Assembly (NCBI GenBank): GCA_003280965.1
Contig: QCDI01000008.1
Coordinates: forward strand, 26,780-90,779
Length of the DNA stretch: 64,000 nt
Source of the DNA: Prochlorococcus sp. AG-355-B18
GTDB lineage: Bacteria > Cyanobacteriota > Cyanobacteriia > PCC-6307 > Cyanobiaceae
Direction of reading: 5' to 3'
The notes under the pieces are model-generated. The model ran no database searches and was not told the origin of the DNA. It saw nothing but the letters and a program-made list of their open reading frames with translations. Both the position numbers and the translations under genes were made by a program. Positions 42,602 to 55,341 of this stretch are shown in pieces (position 1 is the first letter of the stretch; each line of letters starts with the position of its first letter).

Positions 42602-43846
42602 ATGCCAAATTTCCATCGAGTAGTTATTACTGGTATCGGAGCAGTAACTCCAATAGGTAATAACATTGATGAATATTTAGTCGGTCTTCAAACAGGTACT
42701 AATGGGGTATCAGATATTACTCTCTTTGATCCTGAACAACATCCATGTAGATTTGCTGCAGAAGTAAAAAACCTTCAATCTGAAAATTTTATTGAAGCTA
42801 AAGAATCCAAAAGATGGGATCGTTTTTCCCAGTTTGGAGTTATTGCTGCAAAGCAAGCCTTTAATGATTCTGGACTTGAAATTACTGAAGCTAATGCATC
42901 AAGGATTGGAGTCATTATTGGTTCTGGTGTTGGAGGCTTACTAACTATGGAAAGTCAAGCTCAAATATTGAGTAATAAAGGGCCTAAAAGAGTAAGTCCA
43001 TTTACAGTCCCAATGATGATTCCAAACATGGCAACTGGACTAGCTGCCATTGCATTGGGTGCAAAAGGACCAAGTTCCTCTGTATCAACTGCTTGCGCTG
43101 CAGGTTCAAATGCAATTGGTGATTCTTTTAGATTACTCCAACTTGGAAAGGCAGATGCAATGATCTGTGGAGGAGCAGAAGCAAGTATTACTCCTCTTGG
43201 AGTAGCTGGTTTTGCAAGTGCCAAAGCTCTTTCTTTCAGAAATGATAGCCCTCAAACTGCTAGCAGACCTTTTGATGCAGAAAGAGATGGATTTGTTATT
43301 GGAGAAGGATCTGGAATTCTTGTTTTAGAAACTTTAGAAAATGCACAAAAAAGGAATGCGCGAATTTATGCAGAAATAATTGGATATGGAACAACATGTG
43401 ATGCTCATCATATTACTGCTCCATCTCCAGGCGGTGTTGGAGGCGCCGAAGCTATCAAATTAGCAATTGAAGATGCTTGTCTTAGCCTTGAAAAAGTTGA
43501 TTACATTAATGCTCATGGGACAAGTACATCAGCTAATGATAAAAATGAAACTTCCGCAATTAAATCTATATTTAGAGACAGATCTTACCTCATTCCTGTA
43601 AGCTCTACTAAGTCGATGACTGGTCATCTCCTAGGAGGCTCAGGAGGTATAGAAGCTGTAGCTTGTATACTTTCTTTGACACATAATTTTATCCCTCCTA
43701 CAATTAACTACGTCAATCCAGATCCTGAATGTGATCTTGATTATGTACCAAATAATGCGAGAGAAGCTCAAATAGGAGTTGCTCTCTCTAATTCTTTTGG
43801 ATTTGGTGGTCACAATGTTTGCCTTGCTTTTAGCAAAATGAATTGA
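42602..43846 (+). CDS. fabF: 3-oxoacyl-ACP synthase II
   Basis: [33 protein letters not shown]. Confidence 0.97.
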   Translation: MPNFHRVVITGIGAVTPIGNNIDEYLVGLQTGTNGVSDITLFDPEQHPCRFAAEVKNLQSENFIEAKESKRWDRFSQFGVIAAKQAFNDSGLEITEANASRIGVIIGSGVGGLLTMESQAQILSNKGPKRVSPFTVPMMIPNMATGLAAIALGAKGPSSSVSTACAAGSNAIGDSFRLLQLGKADAMICGGAEASITPLGVAGFASAKALSFRNDSPQTASRPFDAERDGFVIGEGSGILVLETLENAQKRNARIYAEIIGYGTTCDAHHITAPSPGGVGGAEAIKLAIEDACLSLEKVDYINAHGTSTSANDKNETSAIKSIFRDRSYLIPVSSTKSMTGHLLGGSGGIEAVACILSLTHNFIPPTINYVNPDPECDLDYVPNNAREAQIGVALSNSFGFGGHNVCLAFSKMN

Positions 43847-43889
43847 AGACAACCAATTCTGTATTTCCAACTTAACTTATTTTAAAACA

Positions 43890-45896
43890 ATGGTCGCTGC
43901 ATCTGTTTCATTAGAATCACTTTGTGTAAATAGTATAAGAATGCTTGCTGTAGATGCAGTAAATAAATCTAATAGTGGCCATCCTGGATTGCCAATGGGA
44001 TGTGCTCCTATGGGTTATGCATTATGGCAAAACATACTTAATCACAACCCCAATAACCCAAAATGGTTCAATAGGGACCGTTTTGTATTATCAGCTGGTC
44101 ATGGCTGTATGCTGCTATATTCTTTGCTTCATTTGACAGGATACAAATCAGTCACTATAGAAGATATTAAAGAATTTAGGCAATGGGGATCAAAAACTCC
44201 TGGACATCCAGAAACATTCGAAACTGAAGGAGTTGAAGTTACAGCTGGGCCTCTTGGAGCCGGAATTTCTAATGCAGTTGGTTTAGCAATAGCTGAAACT
44301 CACTTAGCAGCTAAATTTAATAAGCCTGATTGCAATATCGTTGATCACTATACTTACGTAATAATGGGTGATGGCTGTAATCAAGAAGGTATCGCATCTG
44401 AAGCCTGCTCATTAGCTGGTCACCTTAAGCTTGGCAAATTAATTGCACTATATGACGATAATCAAATTACAATTGATGGGCGAACCGATGTTTCTTTCAC
44501 CGAAGATGTTTTAAAAAGATACGAAGCTTATGGATGGCATGTACAACATGTTGAAGATGGAAATCATGATATTAATGGAATAACTGAAGCTATTGAAAAA
44601 GCAAAATCAATTAAAGACAAACCTTCAATTATAAAAATTTCTACAACCATAGGTTATGGTTCCCCCAATAAATCAGATACTGCTGGAATTCATGGAGCAG
44701 CTGTTGGAGAAGAAGAAGCTGCATTGACTAGGGAGTTTCTAAATTGGGAATACCCTCCATTTGAAATACCAAATGAAGTGTATGAGCATTTTAGAAAATC
44801 AATAAACAAAGGTGAAAACTTAGAGAAAGAATGGGATTCTAAATTTGAAGAATATCAAAAAAAATATCCCTCCGAAGGAGCCGAGTTAAGTAGAATGTTA
44901 AAGGGCCAATTACCTGAGAATTGGGACTTAGATCTCCCCTCTTATACGCCTGATGATAATGGTTTAGCCACCAGAAAGCATTCACAAATATGTTTAGGTG
45001 CTCTAGGACCTAACTTACCTGAACTAATTGGTGGATCCGCAGATTTAACTCACTCTAACTACACAGACATCAAAGGAGAAACTGGATCATTCCAGCCACA
45101 CAGTCCTGAAAAAAGATATTTACATTTTGGTGTACGAGAGCATGCAATGGCAGCTGTACTTAATGGTATTGCCTATCACAATAGTGGTCTTATTCCTTAT
45201 GGTGGAACTTTTCTTGTTTTTGCTGATTATATGAGAGGTTCAATGAGGCTTTCAGCACTCAGCGAATTAGGAGTGATCTATGTATTAACACATGATTCAA
45301 TTGGTGTAGGAGAAGACGGTCCAACACATCAACCTATTGAAACTATTCCTTCTCTTCGTGCCATGCCTAACATGCTAGTTTTCAGACCAGGAGATGGGAA
45401 TGAGACAAGTGGAGCTTATAAGCTTGCTATTCAAAATCGAAAGAGACCCTCTGCTCTTTGTTTAAGTCGACAAGGTATGCCAAATCAAGAAAATACTTCG
45501 ATCGACAAAGTTGCTCTAGGAGGATATGTAGTTTCCGATTGCGAAGGAACACCAGATTTAATATTTATTGGTACTGGAAGCGAACTTAATCTTTGCATTG
45601 AAGCAAGTAAAGAGATTTCAAACTTAGGTAAAAAAATTAGAGTTGTGTCTATGCCTTGTGTAGAACTTTTCGAAGAGCAAGAAGAATCTTACAAAGAAAG
45701 TGTTTTACCAAGTAGTGTGAAAAAGAGAGTTGTAGTAGAAGCTGCCCATTCATTTGGTTGGCATAAATATACAGGTTTTGATGGGATTTGTATTACTATG
45801 GATAGGTTTGGTGCATCAGCACCAGGTGGAGAATGTATGAAAAATTTTGGATTTACAGTTGAAAATGTAGTTAAAAAGACGAAGGAAATTCTATAA
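43890..45896 (+). CDS. tkt: Transketolase
   Basis: [43 protein letters not shown]. Confidence 0.98.
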   Translation: MVAASVSLESLCVNSIRMLAVDAVNKSNSGHPGLPMGCAPMGYALWQNILNHNPNNPKWFNRDRFVLSAGHGCMLLYSLLHLTGYKSVTIEDIKEFRQWGSKTPGHPETFETEGVEVTAGPLGAGISNAVGLAIAETHLAAKFNKPDCNIVDHYTYVIMGDGCNQEGIASEACSLAGHLKLGKLIALYDDNQITIDGRTDVSFTEDVLKRYEAYGWHVQHVEDGNHDINGITEAIEKAKSIKDKPSIIKISTTIGYGSPNKSDTAGIHGAAVGEEEAALTREFLNWEYPPFEIPNEVYEHFRKSINKGENLEKEWDSKFEEYQKKYPSEGAELSRMLKGQLPENWDLDLPSYTPDDNGLATRKHSQICLGALGPNLPELIGGSADLTHSNYTDIKGETGSFQPHSPEKRYLHFGVREHAMAAVLNGIAYHNSGLIPYGGTFLVFADYMRGSMRLSALSELGVIYVLTHDSIGVGEDGPTHQPIETIPSLRAMPNMLVFRPGDGNETSGAYKLAIQNRKRPSALCLSRQGMPNQENTSIDKVALGGYVVSDCEGTPDLIFIGTGSELNLCIEASKEISNLGKKIRVVSMPCVELFEEQEESYKESVLPSSVKKRVVVEAAHSFGWHKYTGFDGICITMDRFGASAPGGECMKNFGFTVENVVKKTKEIL

Positions 45897-45910
45897 CTAT
45901 TTATTGATAA

Positions 45911-47281
45911 CTACACTGAAGTATTACATCCTTCAAGTTTATCTTTTAGGTGATCAAGAGACTCATCGGAAATCTTTGAATTCATTGGGCAATGTTTAGG
46001 TCCACACATTGAACAAAATTCAGCCTTTTTAAAGATTTCTTCAGGTAATGTCTCATCATGGTATTGCTTAGCCCTTTCTGGATCTAATGAAAGTGCGAAT
46101 TGTTTGTTCCAATCAAAGTTATACCTTGCATGACTGAGTTCGTCATCTCTATCGCGAGCTCCAGCTCGATGTCTAGCAATATCAGCTGCATGAGCTGCTA
46201 TCTTATAAGCAATTAATCCTTCTCGTACATCTTCTGCATTTGGGAGACCTAGATGTTCTTTTGGAGTTACGTAACATAACATTGAAGTTCCATACCAACC
46301 AGCCATCGCTGCTCCAATAGCACTTGATATATGGTCATAACCAGGAGATATATCTGTTACTAATGGACCTAGAACATAAAAGGGGGCTTCTGAACATTCT
46401 TCCATTTGCTTTCTTACATTAAACTCAATTTGATCCATAGGTACATGACCAGGACCCTCTACCATTACTTGAACATTATGCTTCCATGCTCTTCGAGTAA
46501 GCTCACCTAAAGTCTTCAATTCAGCTAGCTGAGCATCATCAGACGCATCATGCAAACAACCAGGCCTGAGTGAATCACCTAGAGAGAAGGTACAATCATA
46601 TTTCTTAAAAATCTCACAGATATCATCAAACCTTGTATAGAGGGGATTTTGTTTAAAATGATGTAACATCCATTGCGCTAAAATCCCCCCCCCTCTACTT
46701 ACAATCCCAGTGATTCTACCTTTTACTTTTGGCAAATGCTCTATTAATAATCCAGCATGAATAGTTTGATAATCGACGCCCTGCTGGCAATGTTTTTCTA
46801 TTATGTGAAGAAAGTCATCTTCAGTTAGTCTGTCTATTGAGCCATGTACACTTTCTAAAGCTTGATAAACAGGGACTGTACCTATCGGAACAGGAGATTC
46901 ATGAATAATTGCTTGCCGAACTTCGTCTAAATTTACTCCGCCTGTAGAAAGATCCATAACCGTATCAGCACCATATTTAACGGCTAGCTTTAGCTTCTCT
47001 ACTTCTTCATCAATATCACTTGCATTAGGGGAAGCACCAATATTTGCATTAACTTTGCATCTAGAGGCAATACCTATAGACATTGGCTCAAGATTCAAAT
47101 GGTTAATATTAGCGGGAATGATTAATCTTCCTCTTGCCACTTCTTCCATGATTAAAGAGGCAGGTAGATTTTCTTTTTTAGCAACAAAATCCATTTCTTC
47201 AGTAATATAACCATTCCTAGCAAAGTTCATCTGAGTTACATTGTCTTTTCCAAGGCGAGGCTTAATCCAAGAACTTCTCAT
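45911..47281 (-). CDS. thiC: Phosphomethylpyrimidine synthase
   Basis: [43 protein letters not shown]. Confidence 0.98.
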   Translation of the reverse strand: MRSSWIKPRLGKDNVTQMNFARNGYITEEMDFVAKKENLPASLIMEEVARGRLIIPANINHLNLEPMSIGIASRCKVNANIGASPNASDIDEEVEKLKLAVKYGADTVMDLSTGGVNLDEVRQAIIHESPVPIGTVPVYQALESVHGSIDRLTEDDFLHIIEKHCQQGVDYQTIHAGLLIEHLPKVKGRITGIVSRGGGILAQWMLHHFKQNPLYTRFDDICEIFKKYDCTFSLGDSLRPGCLHDASDDAQLAELKTLGELTRRAWKHNVQVMVEGPGHVPMDQIEFNVRKQMEECSEAPFYVLGPLVTDISPGYDHISSAIGAAMAGWYGTSMLCYVTPKEHLGLPNAEDVREGLIAYKIAAHAADIARHRAGARDRDDELSHARYNFDWNKQFALSLDPERAKQYHDETLPEEIFKKAEFCSMCGPKHCPMNSKISDESLDHLKDKLEGCNTSV

Positions 47282-47330
47282 AATTTATAAATTTTTAAAA
47301 GTGTTATTACTAAAGTTTGATCAAATTTCC

Positions 47331-47408
47331 ACTTCCCTGCATCATAATAAATAATCCAGGTTCAAAGGGTATGATCTCAGCTAAGTTAAATTTCTTAGCA
47401 CCCCTAGT
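47331..47408 (-). promoter_or_regulatory. TPP riboswitch (THI element) in the thiC leader
   Basis: Minus strand ACTAGGGGTGCTAAG..CTTAGCTGAGATCATACCCTTTGAACCTG..GCAGGGAAGT, 49 nt upstream of the thiC ATG; P5 arm atypical. Confidence 0.88.
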
Positions 47409-47476
47409 ATTAATCTTATTAATAGCTCTTTTCTAAAAAATAGTCATCATTTCTTGCATAAATATAAATAAAAATT

Positions 47477-47692
47477 TTATTTAACTTTTTGATAAGACTT
47501 TATCTTTTTTAAAATATTTTTCCTATCAAATCTTCTTCTTATATCTTTCTCCAAAATAATTGAAATTCCCATTAAACCTATAGGCAAATAAAATATTTTC
47601 CTTGTATCGTCTCTTAATATCATGCCAATAGTTGATATTAAGATCATAAAAGGAGCAACAAAAGATAAAGTTAATTTTTTACTAATTTTCAT
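47477..47692 (-). CDS. Small membrane protein (DUF3188-like)
   Basis: Two hydrophobic segments and a basic tail; start overlaps the amidohydrolase stop. Confidence 0.6.
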   Translation of the reverse strand: MKISKKLTLSFVAPFMILISTIGMILRDDTRKIFYLPIGLMGISIILEKDIRRRFDRKNILKKIKSYQKVK

Positions 47693-48873
47693 TTATCAAC
47701 TGTCTTAATCATTTCATTATTTAATTTTACTATGGATAGTGTTATTACTTTAATTCCAACAGCAATAGCTCCTTCATCTGGATCGAATTTTGAACTATGC
47801 AATGGAGCACATCCTTTTGAACTAGAAACACCAATCCTAAACATAGCTCCAGGAATATCATTCAAGAACTCAGCGAAGTCCTCAGCACCTAACGATGGTT
47901 TTTGTAATTCGATAACATTTTCTTGACCCAAAACCTTAATTCCCGAATCTCTTAGAACTCTATTAATTTCAGAATTATTATTAACTGGTGGTGTAATTTC
48001 TCTAAATATTACTTTTGCATCAGCTCCGCAACTGTTTGCTATGGAGGAGATATTTTGATTAAGCCAATTACCAATATTCTTAAATAATTTAAGATTAGTA
48101 CATCTAACAGTACCAATTAAATTAACCTTCTCTGCAAGAACATTGAACGCATTACCACCATTAATTTTACCAAAAGTTATTACTACAGGATCTAGAGGAT
48201 CTAACTGACGTGTTATTGATTCTTGAATTCCCGAGATCACTCTAGAGGCCACCCAAATAGCATCAACTCCTTCATAAGGTCGAGCACCATGACCTGATTT
48301 TCCTTTAATCTCTACCTTAAGTTCTCCAGCAGCTGCAGTTAAACTTCCCTCCTTAATTCCAATAGTCCCTACAGCTAAATCGGGGTAGACATGAACTCCC
48401 AAAATATTGCTTAAACCATTAGTTGCGCCATCATTAATCATCCATCTAGCTCCACTCGCAATTTCTTCAGCAGGCTGAAAAATTAATCTAATCCCAAAAT
48501 TAAGTTTTAAATCCTTAATAATTTTTGCTACACCCAATCCAATCGATATATGCAAATCATGACCACACGCGTGCATAACACCATCTACTTTTGAAGAAAA
48601 ACTTAATTTAGTTTCCTCCAATATCGGCAAAGCATCCATATCCACCCGTAAGCCTATAATACCTTTATCTAATGGCCCAAAATCAGCTACAACTCCTGTC
48701 CTGCCAATAGATTCTCTGACATTCCAACCAATATTTTTTAAATAACCACTTATCAAAATCGCCGTTTGATTTTCAAGTCCGCTTAATTCAGGATGTGCAT
48801 GGATATGTCTTCTTAATTTAATTAATTCATCAGTAAACGAATCAATTTTTTTAAAGAACTGATCTCTATTCAT
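47689..48873 (-). CDS. M20D amidohydrolase (N-acyl-amino acid amidohydrolase family)
   Basis: HAHPELSG, RVDMDALP, MHACGHD, FQPAEE, GHGARP, AEDF. Confidence 0.93.
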   Translation of the reverse strand: MNRDQFFKKIDSFTDELIKLRRHIHAHPELSGLENQTAILISGYLKNIGWNVRESIGRTGVVADFGPLDKGIIGLRVDMDALPILEETKLSFSSKVDGVMHACGHDLHISIGLGVAKIIKDLKLNFGIRLIFQPAEEIASGARWMINDGATNGLSNILGVHVYPDLAVGTIGIKEGSLTAAAGELKVEIKGKSGHGARPYEGVDAIWVASRVISGIQESITRQLDPLDPVVITFGKINGGNAFNVLAEKVNLIGTVRCTNLKLFKNIGNWLNQNISSIANSCGADAKVIFREITPPVNNNSEINRVLRDSGIKVLGQENVIELQKPSLGAEDFAEFLNDIPGAMFRIGVSSSKGCAPLHSSKFDPDEGAIAVGIKVITLSIVKLNNEMIKTVDK

Positions 48874-48876
48874 TAC

Positions 48877-49665
48877 TTATTTTAAATCGATAAAGTTCAT
48901 TAATTCTTTAATTGGTCTCGGAGGCCATCTTCTTATTTTTTTTAACCATTCCTCATCACTATACCTAGGATCTAATTCAGTTACTGCTATCCAATTACTC
49001 TCTGCTTTACCAGATTCACCCTTGGACCAACTCAAAGCTGTTAAAGCTGCCCGGGCATCAGCAAAAGTTGGATATCGTCTAATTAATTTTTTCAATTCTT
49101 TTTCAGATTCATTAATATTACCTAACTGGAAATCTGCTAAAGCCATACTTGACCTTGCCATAGCAAATCCTGGGTTATATAAAGCAGCTTTTGAAAATAA
49201 ATCTCTCGCTTTTAGCCATTGTGATGTAGAACCTTCAACATTAGCCAAATTATATAATGCAGAAAAATTCTTGCTATCTTGGGATATTACAAACATATAA
49301 TCTCTTTTTGCATGAGACCATTGACCCAATGCTTCCTCGGCTATACCTCTATTAATGTAAGGATCTATTTCACTAGGATTTAAACTTATTGCCTTATTTT
49401 GGTCGTCTATTGATCCCTCTACATCTCCTATAACAAGTCTTACATTTCCTCTATTGCTCAAACCTGCGGCATCATCAGGATAAGCATCTAGATAGCGATT
49501 CCATTCTTGTAAAGCAAGATTAAATTTTCCATCAGAACTTAAATCTAATGCATTTTTAAACAAATCTTCTCTCAAAACTAATGAATAGCATGGTGCAATA
49601 TAAAAAATATTTACAAAAACAAAAATTAATAACAAACAAACCTTAACTGTTTTAAAAGTTATCAT
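48877..49665 (-). CDS. TPR-repeat protein with signal peptide
   Basis: Hydrophobic N-terminus; repeated NRG/YNLA TPR helices; W..RRWPP tail. Confidence 0.85.
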   Translation of the reverse strand: MITFKTVKVCLLLIFVFVNIFYIAPCYSLVLREDLFKNALDLSSDGKFNLALQEWNRYLDAYPDDAAGLSNRGNVRLVIGDVEGSIDDQNKAISLNPSEIDPYINRGIAEEALGQWSHAKRDYMFVISQDSKNFSALYNLANVEGSTSQWLKARDLFSKAALYNPGFAMARSSMALADFQLGNINESEKELKKLIRRYPTFADARAALTALSWSKGESGKAESNWIAVTELDPRYSDEEWLKKIRRWPPRPIKELMNFIDLK

Positions 49666-50708
49666 TTTTCTGAATTAATGTACTTCTTTCCCAGTGCAGT
49701 AAGAAGTCTTCCTCGAGGAGTTCTCGTAAGGAAACCAATCTGGATGAGATATGGCTCAACTACAAATTCTAACATTGAAGAATCATCACCTAATCCAGCT
49801 GCGATTGCATCGAGACCAGTTGGATTATTATTTTGGCTTAAAAAAGACAAATATTGTCTGTCTAATGAATCCAATCCTTTTTCGTCTATTTGGTAAGAAT
49901 TTAAAGCATTTTTTATTAAATTCACGGAGATAAAATTAGTTTTTTTAATAACTTGAGCATAATCTCTAACTCGTCTTAACAATCTCAAAGCAATTCTTGG
50001 GGTCCCTCGAGATATCTTGGCTAAATTATAAGATGCTTCATCTTCTAAATTAAGGTTTAATAGTTGAGAGAAATTAACAATTATTTGTTTTAATTCCTCA
50101 TGAGTATAAAAATCAATTTTTTGAGATAAACCAAATCTATCTCTTAACGGCGCACTAATTGAGGCTAATTTGGTTGTCGCGCCAATCAAAGTAAACCTAG
50201 GAAGATTAATTGTTCTGCAACGTGTTCCTCTATTCGCTCCCATAGTTAAATCTAATCTAAAATCCTCCATTGCAGAATATAACAACTCTTCAGTCACCCT
50301 ATTCAAGCGATGTATCTCGTCGATAAATAAAACTTCACCTTCTTTTAAACCAAGCAGTAAACCTACAATATCTCTTGGTCTTTCAATAGCGGGTGCAGTT
50401 GCTATCCTACATCTTGTGTTCATTGCATTAGCTATCAAAAAAGCCAGGGTAGTCTTGCCTAAACCAGGCTGTCCATATAAAAGAGTATGTTCCAAAGGTT
50501 CTTTTCTATAAATTGAAGCATCTATAGCTATTCTTAATGAAGACTTAAGTTTTTCTTGGCCAATAAATTCTTGAAAGGTAACTGGCCTAGCTAAGTTCAG
50601 ATTATTATTTCTTTTTTCTTCTGGAATAATTTTTGAATCAACCAGCCTAAGCTCTTTTTTTCGAAGAGAAAAGTCATTATCATCAATATTGGAAGAAATT
50701 ATTGCCAT
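49662..50708 (-). CDS. ruvB: Holliday junction branch migration helicase RuvB
   Basis: [42 protein letters not shown]. Confidence 0.97.
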   Translation of the reverse strand: MAIISSNIDDNDFSLRKKELRLVDSKIIPEEKRNNNLNLARPVTFQEFIGQEKLKSSLRIAIDASIYRKEPLEHTLLYGQPGLGKTTLAFLIANAMNTRCRIATAPAIERPRDIVGLLLGLKEGEVLFIDEIHRLNRVTEELLYSAMEDFRLDLTMGANRGTRCRTINLPRFTLIGATTKLASISAPLRDRFGLSQKIDFYTHEELKQIIVNFSQLLNLNLEDEASYNLAKISRGTPRIALRLLRRVRDYAQVIKKTNFISVNLIKNALNSYQIDEKGLDSLDRQYLSFLSQNNNPTGLDAIAAGLGDDSSMLEFVVEPYLIQIGFLTRTPRGRLLTALGKKYINSEK

Positions 50709-50758
50709 AATAGAAGGTTAATTCCAATTGTTCTGAGTAGAAAGATTTTTTAACTAAA

Positions 50759-51253
50759 ATGCCAAAAAATTCAAACAAAGTTCAAAAGAATACTCAAAAA
50801 GAAAATAATATTAAACGTCTAGCAGAAAATAGATATGCCAAATTTCAATATACAATATCTGAAACAATCGAAGCGGGAATTGAACTTTTAGGGACTGAAG
50901 TAAAGTCTATTAGAAATGGAAAAGCAAATTTAAGAGATGGTTATTGTTCATTCAGAGATGGTGAGATTTTATTATTAAATGTTCACATTTCACCACACAA
51001 CAATGTGGGGGCTTTTTTTAATCATGATCCATTAAGAAACAGAAAGTTGCTTTTACATAAAAAAGAATTAATAAAACTGAAATCAAATATTGAAAAAAAG
51101 GGAATGACTATTGTTCCATTATCTGTTTATTTAAAGGGATCATGGATAAAAATAACTATTGGAGTCGGTAAAGGGAAAAAATTACATGACAAACGCCATG
51201 ATGAAAAACAAAAAACTATGAAAAAAGAAATCAACTCTGCACTAAAAAGATAA
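50759..51253 (+). CDS. smpB: SsrA-binding protein
   Basis: [35 protein letters not shown]. Confidence 0.97.
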   Translation: MPKNSNKVQKNTQKENNIKRLAENRYAKFQYTISETIEAGIELLGTEVKSIRNGKANLRDGYCSFRDGEILLLNVHISPHNNVGAFFNHDPLRNRKLLLHKKELIKLKSNIEKKGMTIVPLSVYLKGSWIKITIGVGKGKKLHDKRHDEKQKTMKKEINSALKR

Positions 51254-51277
51254 AATTTTTATTCAGACTTATTGAAA

Positions 51278-51526
51278 CTATGAATCTAAACTTACTGAAC
51301 TTGGAGGAGGGGAAGGATCTGGATCTGCAATTAACATATGCTGTAAGACAGTTTCAGGTCTCTCACTATCCCTCCAACGAATTTTATATGCAGGCATTTT
51401 TGTACCTCTGCTTGTAGTTTGCTCCACTGGTTCAATAACCCATCCTCTTCTTGATCGGCCTTGAGGATTTCTTTTCACTACTGCATCCGCGTGTTTGAAA
51501 CGGAAACCAACACGTTCACCACTCAT
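51278..51526 (-). CDS. Hypothetical protein (possible SH3-like beta-barrel)
   Basis: 82-aa ORF 20 nt downstream of lysS; F..VVK..RGWV..YKIRW..E pattern. Confidence 0.7.
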   Translation of the reverse strand: MSGERVGFRFKHADAVVKRNPQGRSRRGWVIEPVEQTTSRGTKMPAYKIRWRDSERPETVLQHMLIADPDPSPPPSSVSLDS

Positions 51527-51546
51527 TTCAATAATTTCGTATTGGA

Positions 51547-53094
51547 TTAATTCTTATATTTTACTTCATTCAAGGGTGATTTTTCATTTTTACTTGAAGT
51601 TATTTCTGGTTTTAACAATGGGAAAGGGATTACATCTCTAATTGATGAACTATTAGTAATTAACATAATAAGTCTATCAATTCCTATCCCTAATCCTCCT
51701 GTAGGGGGCATGCCAATCTCTAAAGCATTTAAAAAGTCTTCATCTATACAATGAGCCTCAAAATCTCCTTCATCTCTAAAAGACTGCTGTAATTGCATTC
51801 TTTCTCTTTGATCTACTGGGTCTATTAACTCACTAAAAGCATTTGCAAGCTCTCGACCTACAATGAACAATTCGAATCTCTGAACCAGTTCTTTATTATC
51901 AAGATGTGGTCTAGCTAAAGGAGAAATTTCAACAGGATAATCGATAACAAAAGTAGGTTCCATAAGTTTTGACTCTACTTTTTGCTCGAAGACCTCATTT
52001 AAAAGTCTTCCCATAGTATTAACTTTCTTAGAAAATTCAACATTTATACTTTTAACGGCTTGTTTTGCTGCCTGAAAGTCTCCACTAAAAGATTCAAAAT
52101 CAATCCCAGTATATTTTTTGACTATGTCTTTCATAGATATTCTTAACCATGGTTTAGAAAAATCAATTTCCTTATTTTGATAATTTATTACTAGAGAGCC
52201 ACAGGAGTCAGCTACAATATCTTTAATAAGTTCTTCCGTTAAATCCATCATATCGACATAGTTAGCAAAAGCTTGATAAATTTCAACTGAAGTGAATTCA
52301 GGATTATGCTTAGTACTTATTCCCTCATTACGAAAGATTCTTCCCAATTCATAAACTTTCTCAAATCCTCCAACAACCATTCTTTTTAAATGTAATTCTG
52401 TAGCTATTCTTAGATAAAGAGGAATATCTAATGTATTGTGATGAGTAATAAATGGTCTTGCTTCAGCACCACCAGCCTCAGATTGCAGAATTGGAGTCTC
52501 TATCTCTAAAAAATTTCTATTATCTAACCACTTTCTTATAAAACTAATACATTTTGCTCTTGTTTTAAATACATTTTTAGAATGAGGATTCACTATTAAA
52601 TCTAGATAACGTTGTCTATATCTTTTTTCAATATCAGTCAATCCATGCCATTTATCCGGTAAAGGCTGAAGTGATTTAGATAACATTTCCCATTTTTCTA
52701 CTTTAATTGAAAGTTCACCTTTATTAGTTTTTTTAATTGTTCCATAGACGCCTATCCAATCTCCAATATCTACTATTTCCTTAATATCTTCATAAGAAAG
52801 TAATTTTTGATTTTCTAGATTGCAATTGATAATTTTTTTATCTAGATAAAGCTGAATCTGACCTTCTTCATCACTTATTGTGAAAAAGGCAATTTTACCC
52901 ATTACCCTTTTTGCCATTACTCGACCAGCAATAGAGACACTAAAATCTTCCTCTTGACCACTTTCTAAATAATCGAATTTTTGAAGAAGAAATTTTGTAG
53001 GGTGGGAAACTACAAAACTCTCTGCGTAAGAAGCGAATCCTTTACTGATTAATGTATTAGCTTTTTGTAAGCGAGCTTCTCTTATTTCAGACAA
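51547..53094 (-). CDS. lysS: Lysine--tRNA ligase (class II)
   Basis: [57 protein letters not shown]. Confidence 0.98.
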   Translation of the reverse strand: MSEIREARLQKANTLISKGFASYAESFVVSHPTKFLLQKFDYLESGQEEDFSVSIAGRVMAKRVMGKIAFFTISDEEGQIQLYLDKKIINCNLENQKLLSYEDIKEIVDIGDWIGVYGTIKKTNKGELSIKVEKWEMLSKSLQPLPDKWHGLTDIEKRYRQRYLDLIVNPHSKNVFKTRAKCISFIRKWLDNRNFLEIETPILQSEAGGAEARPFITHHNTLDIPLYLRIATELHLKRMVVGGFEKVYELGRIFRNEGISTKHNPEFTSVEIYQAFANYVDMMDLTEELIKDIVADSCGSLVINYQNKEIDFSKPWLRISMKDIVKKYTGIDFESFSGDFQAAKQAVKSINVEFSKKVNTMGRLLNEVFEQKVESKLMEPTFVIDYPVEISPLARPHLDNKELVQRFELFIVGRELANAFSELIDPVDQRERMQLQQSFRDEGDFEAHCIDEDFLNALEIGMPPTGGLGIGIDRLIMLITNSSSIRDVIPFPLLKPEITSSKNEKSPLNEVKYKN

Positions 53095-53143
53095 AATTTA
53101 TTAAATATGTTTGATCTATTTAATAAAAGTATCAGATTGAGGT

Positions 53144-53890
53144 TCAACTTGCCAAAGATGTTGCTGTTTCGCCAACTCTCTGAGATGCATAACCGATCCC
53201 ACGAACAGTTAATATTAATTCTGGATTTCTTGGGTCTGGTTCCAACTTACCTCTTAGTCTAGCTACATATACATCTACTACCCTTAAATCAGCAGCTCTC
53301 CTTGGAGGATAACCCCATAACTGTTCCAAAATTTCAGCACGTGGAACAACTTTACCAGGCTCGTCAAACAACAATTCTAAGAGACTAAATTCTGTATAAG
53401 TTAGACTAATTCTCTCACCAGCCCTAGACACTTGTCTTCTATTAGTATCAACAACTAAACTTCCAAATTTCATAACTCCTTTACCGGAAGGCACTTCTTT
53501 TGTTTCGGTAACAGATACGGTAGGTCCCATTCTTCTCAAAATAGTAGCTATCCTAGCTTCTAACTCTTTTGGACTAAATGGTTTTGATAAATAATCATCG
53601 GCACCTAGATCCAAACCAGCGACCCTCTCTGATATCGCTTCTAGTGCAGTTAAAAATATTATTGGAACTACTGATTCGGCCCTAATTCTTCGGCAAACTG
53701 CAAACCCGTCCATCTTAGGAAGCATAACATCAAGAACTATTAAGTCGGGTGAATCTCTATGGAAAGATTCAAGAGCTTCTTCACCATTAGTGGCTGAAAA
53801 AACTTGATATCCTGCAAGTTGAAGTCTTGTAACTAATACCTTCAAAACTGCTGGTTCATCATCAACAACTAAAATTCTTGCTTTTGACAT
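53144..53890 (-). CDS. OmpR-family response regulator, RpaB paralogue (SrrA-like)
   Basis: ILVVDDE, LDVMLP, GADDY..KPFSPKELEAR, WGYPP..DLRVVDV..RLRGKLE..ILTVRG; RpaB-like but divergent receiver. Confidence 0.88.
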   Translation of the reverse strand: MSKARILVVDDEPAVLKVLVTRLQLAGYQVFSATNGEEALESFHRDSPDLIVLDVMLPKMDGFAVCRRIRAESVVPIIFLTALEAISERVAGLDLGADDYLSKPFSPKELEARIATILRRMGPTVSVTETKEVPSGKGVMKFGSLVVDTNRRQVSRAGERISLTYTEFSLLELLFDEPGKVVPRAEILEQLWGYPPRRAADLRVVDVYVARLRGKLEPDPRNPELILTVRGIGYASQRVGETATSLAS

Positions 53891-54055
53891 AAATTAAAAA
53901 GATTTTCAGATATTTCAAAGCAAAATTTGATTGCAATGAAACTTTATTCTAACAATTAAAAATATAACATTACGAACCCTAAAAGGGATATTCCTTAGAT
54001 TTACAAACTTTCTAATAATTTAAAAATATAGATTTTTTTTGAGCAATATTTATTC

Positions 54056-54589
54056 TTAGAGAAATTTTTTGTCTTGCTTTTCTCCCATACAAGATTTAAA
54101 GAGCCTCAAAAGTTGGGAACAAATTAAGGGGGCAAATAATCCTGTAAGAAAAACTTCAGCTAGAATATTTTGAACAATAGGGATAAAAACTAAAAAATTA
54201 TTATCTGAAAAATTAATAAACAAAATCTGTAAAAAATACAAGGTTCCACATAAAAAACTACCAAAAGCACAAATTAAACCATACCTAAAATGTCCGACCA
54301 ACAAATCACTATGAATTTTTATTCTCCCAAACCAAACTCCACATAAAACCAAACCTGGTATTTGAGAAAAATTACTATCCAGAGTTACAGCATCTAAAAT
54401 TAGACCTAAAAACAAACCAAATATTATTCCATTAATTGATCCATTTATCATTGACCAAGGTAATAACCAAAATAAAGGCCAATATGGCTGAATACCTAAA
54501 AATCCGAGCCAATTTGGATGCCATAAGAAAATAATTGGGATAAAAATAAAAATTAGTATGGATAATCTTTTTTTAAAAAATTTATTCAT
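54056..54589 (-). CDS. mreD: Rod shape-determining protein MreD (putative)
   Basis: Multi-TM protein directly after mreC; P.W..W and GLILD motifs. Confidence 0.75.
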   Translation of the reverse strand: MNKFFKKRLSILIFIFIPIIFLWHPNWLGFLGIQPYWPLFWLLPWSMINGSINGIIFGLFLGLILDAVTLDSNFSQIPGLVLCGVWFGRIKIHSDLLVGHFRYGLICAFGSFLCGTLYFLQILFINFSDNNFLVFIPIVQNILAEVFLTGLFAPLICSQLLRLFKSCMGEKQDKKFL

Positions 54590-55337
54590 TAAATTTTACT
54601 TTTAAAATTTGTACCCAATCTATGACGTGAGGTTTTGCCAAAAGTAATATTTTAGCCATTTTTTTTTCTTGAAATGGTTCCTCAATTGATTTAACAATAC
54701 CAATAGGGATATTTGGAGGTAATAAAGTACTGGCTGGCGAAGATGATACAAAATCTCCCACTTTTACATCAGCATCTTTTGAATAAATTACTAAATTAGG
54801 ATAATCATTTCCTGAACCAACCAAAAGCCCATTAACTTGAATCCTATCAACCCAGACACCTAATTTACTTTCGGGAGAGGTTAATAATCTTACCGAAGAA
54901 GTAAATAAAGAAGTATTTTTTACTCTTCCTAATAATCCACCAGGGCCAACCACGATACTACCAATTTCCACTCCATCTCTTGAACCTTTATTTAAAATTA
55001 TTTGTCTCCACCAACTACCTGTTTTTCTCGAAATAACTGCAGCTGAAATATTATCGTTATTATATGATTCTTGAAGTGATAAGATTTCCCTCAATCTTAT
55101 ATTATCCTTTTTAAGAAGATCTACCTTTATTAAAGATTCCTGCTCAATGCTATTAAGAATAACTTCTTTTTGAAATTGTCCAGGCCAAAAAGGCTTTGAA
55201 ATAAAATAATAAAAATCCTTATAAATAGATCCCTTTGATATCCTTACAAAAACTAACAATAAAAATATACCAAAATATATCCAACTATTCTTTTTATGCC
55301 GCCAACGATTAGTAGAAATTCGTCGGATATCTAACAT
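54582..55337 (-). CDS. mreC: Rod shape-determining protein MreC
   Basis: N-terminal TM, N.RLR..L, WWRQIILNKG..G, GLLGRV, GD.V.SS..P.NIPIG. Confidence 0.9.
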   Translation of the reverse strand: MLDIRRISTNRWRHKKNSWIYFGIFLLLVFVRISKGSIYKDFYYFISKPFWPGQFQKEVILNSIEQESLIKVDLLKKDNIRLREILSLQESYNNDNISAAVISRKTGSWWRQIILNKGSRDGVEIGSIVVGPGGLLGRVKNTSLFTSSVRLLTSPESKLGVWVDRIQVNGLLVGSGNDYPNLVIYSKDADVKVGDFVSSSPASTLLPPNIPIGIVKSIEEPFQEKKMAKILLLAKPHVIDWVQILKVKFNE

Positions 55338-55341
55338 GCTA

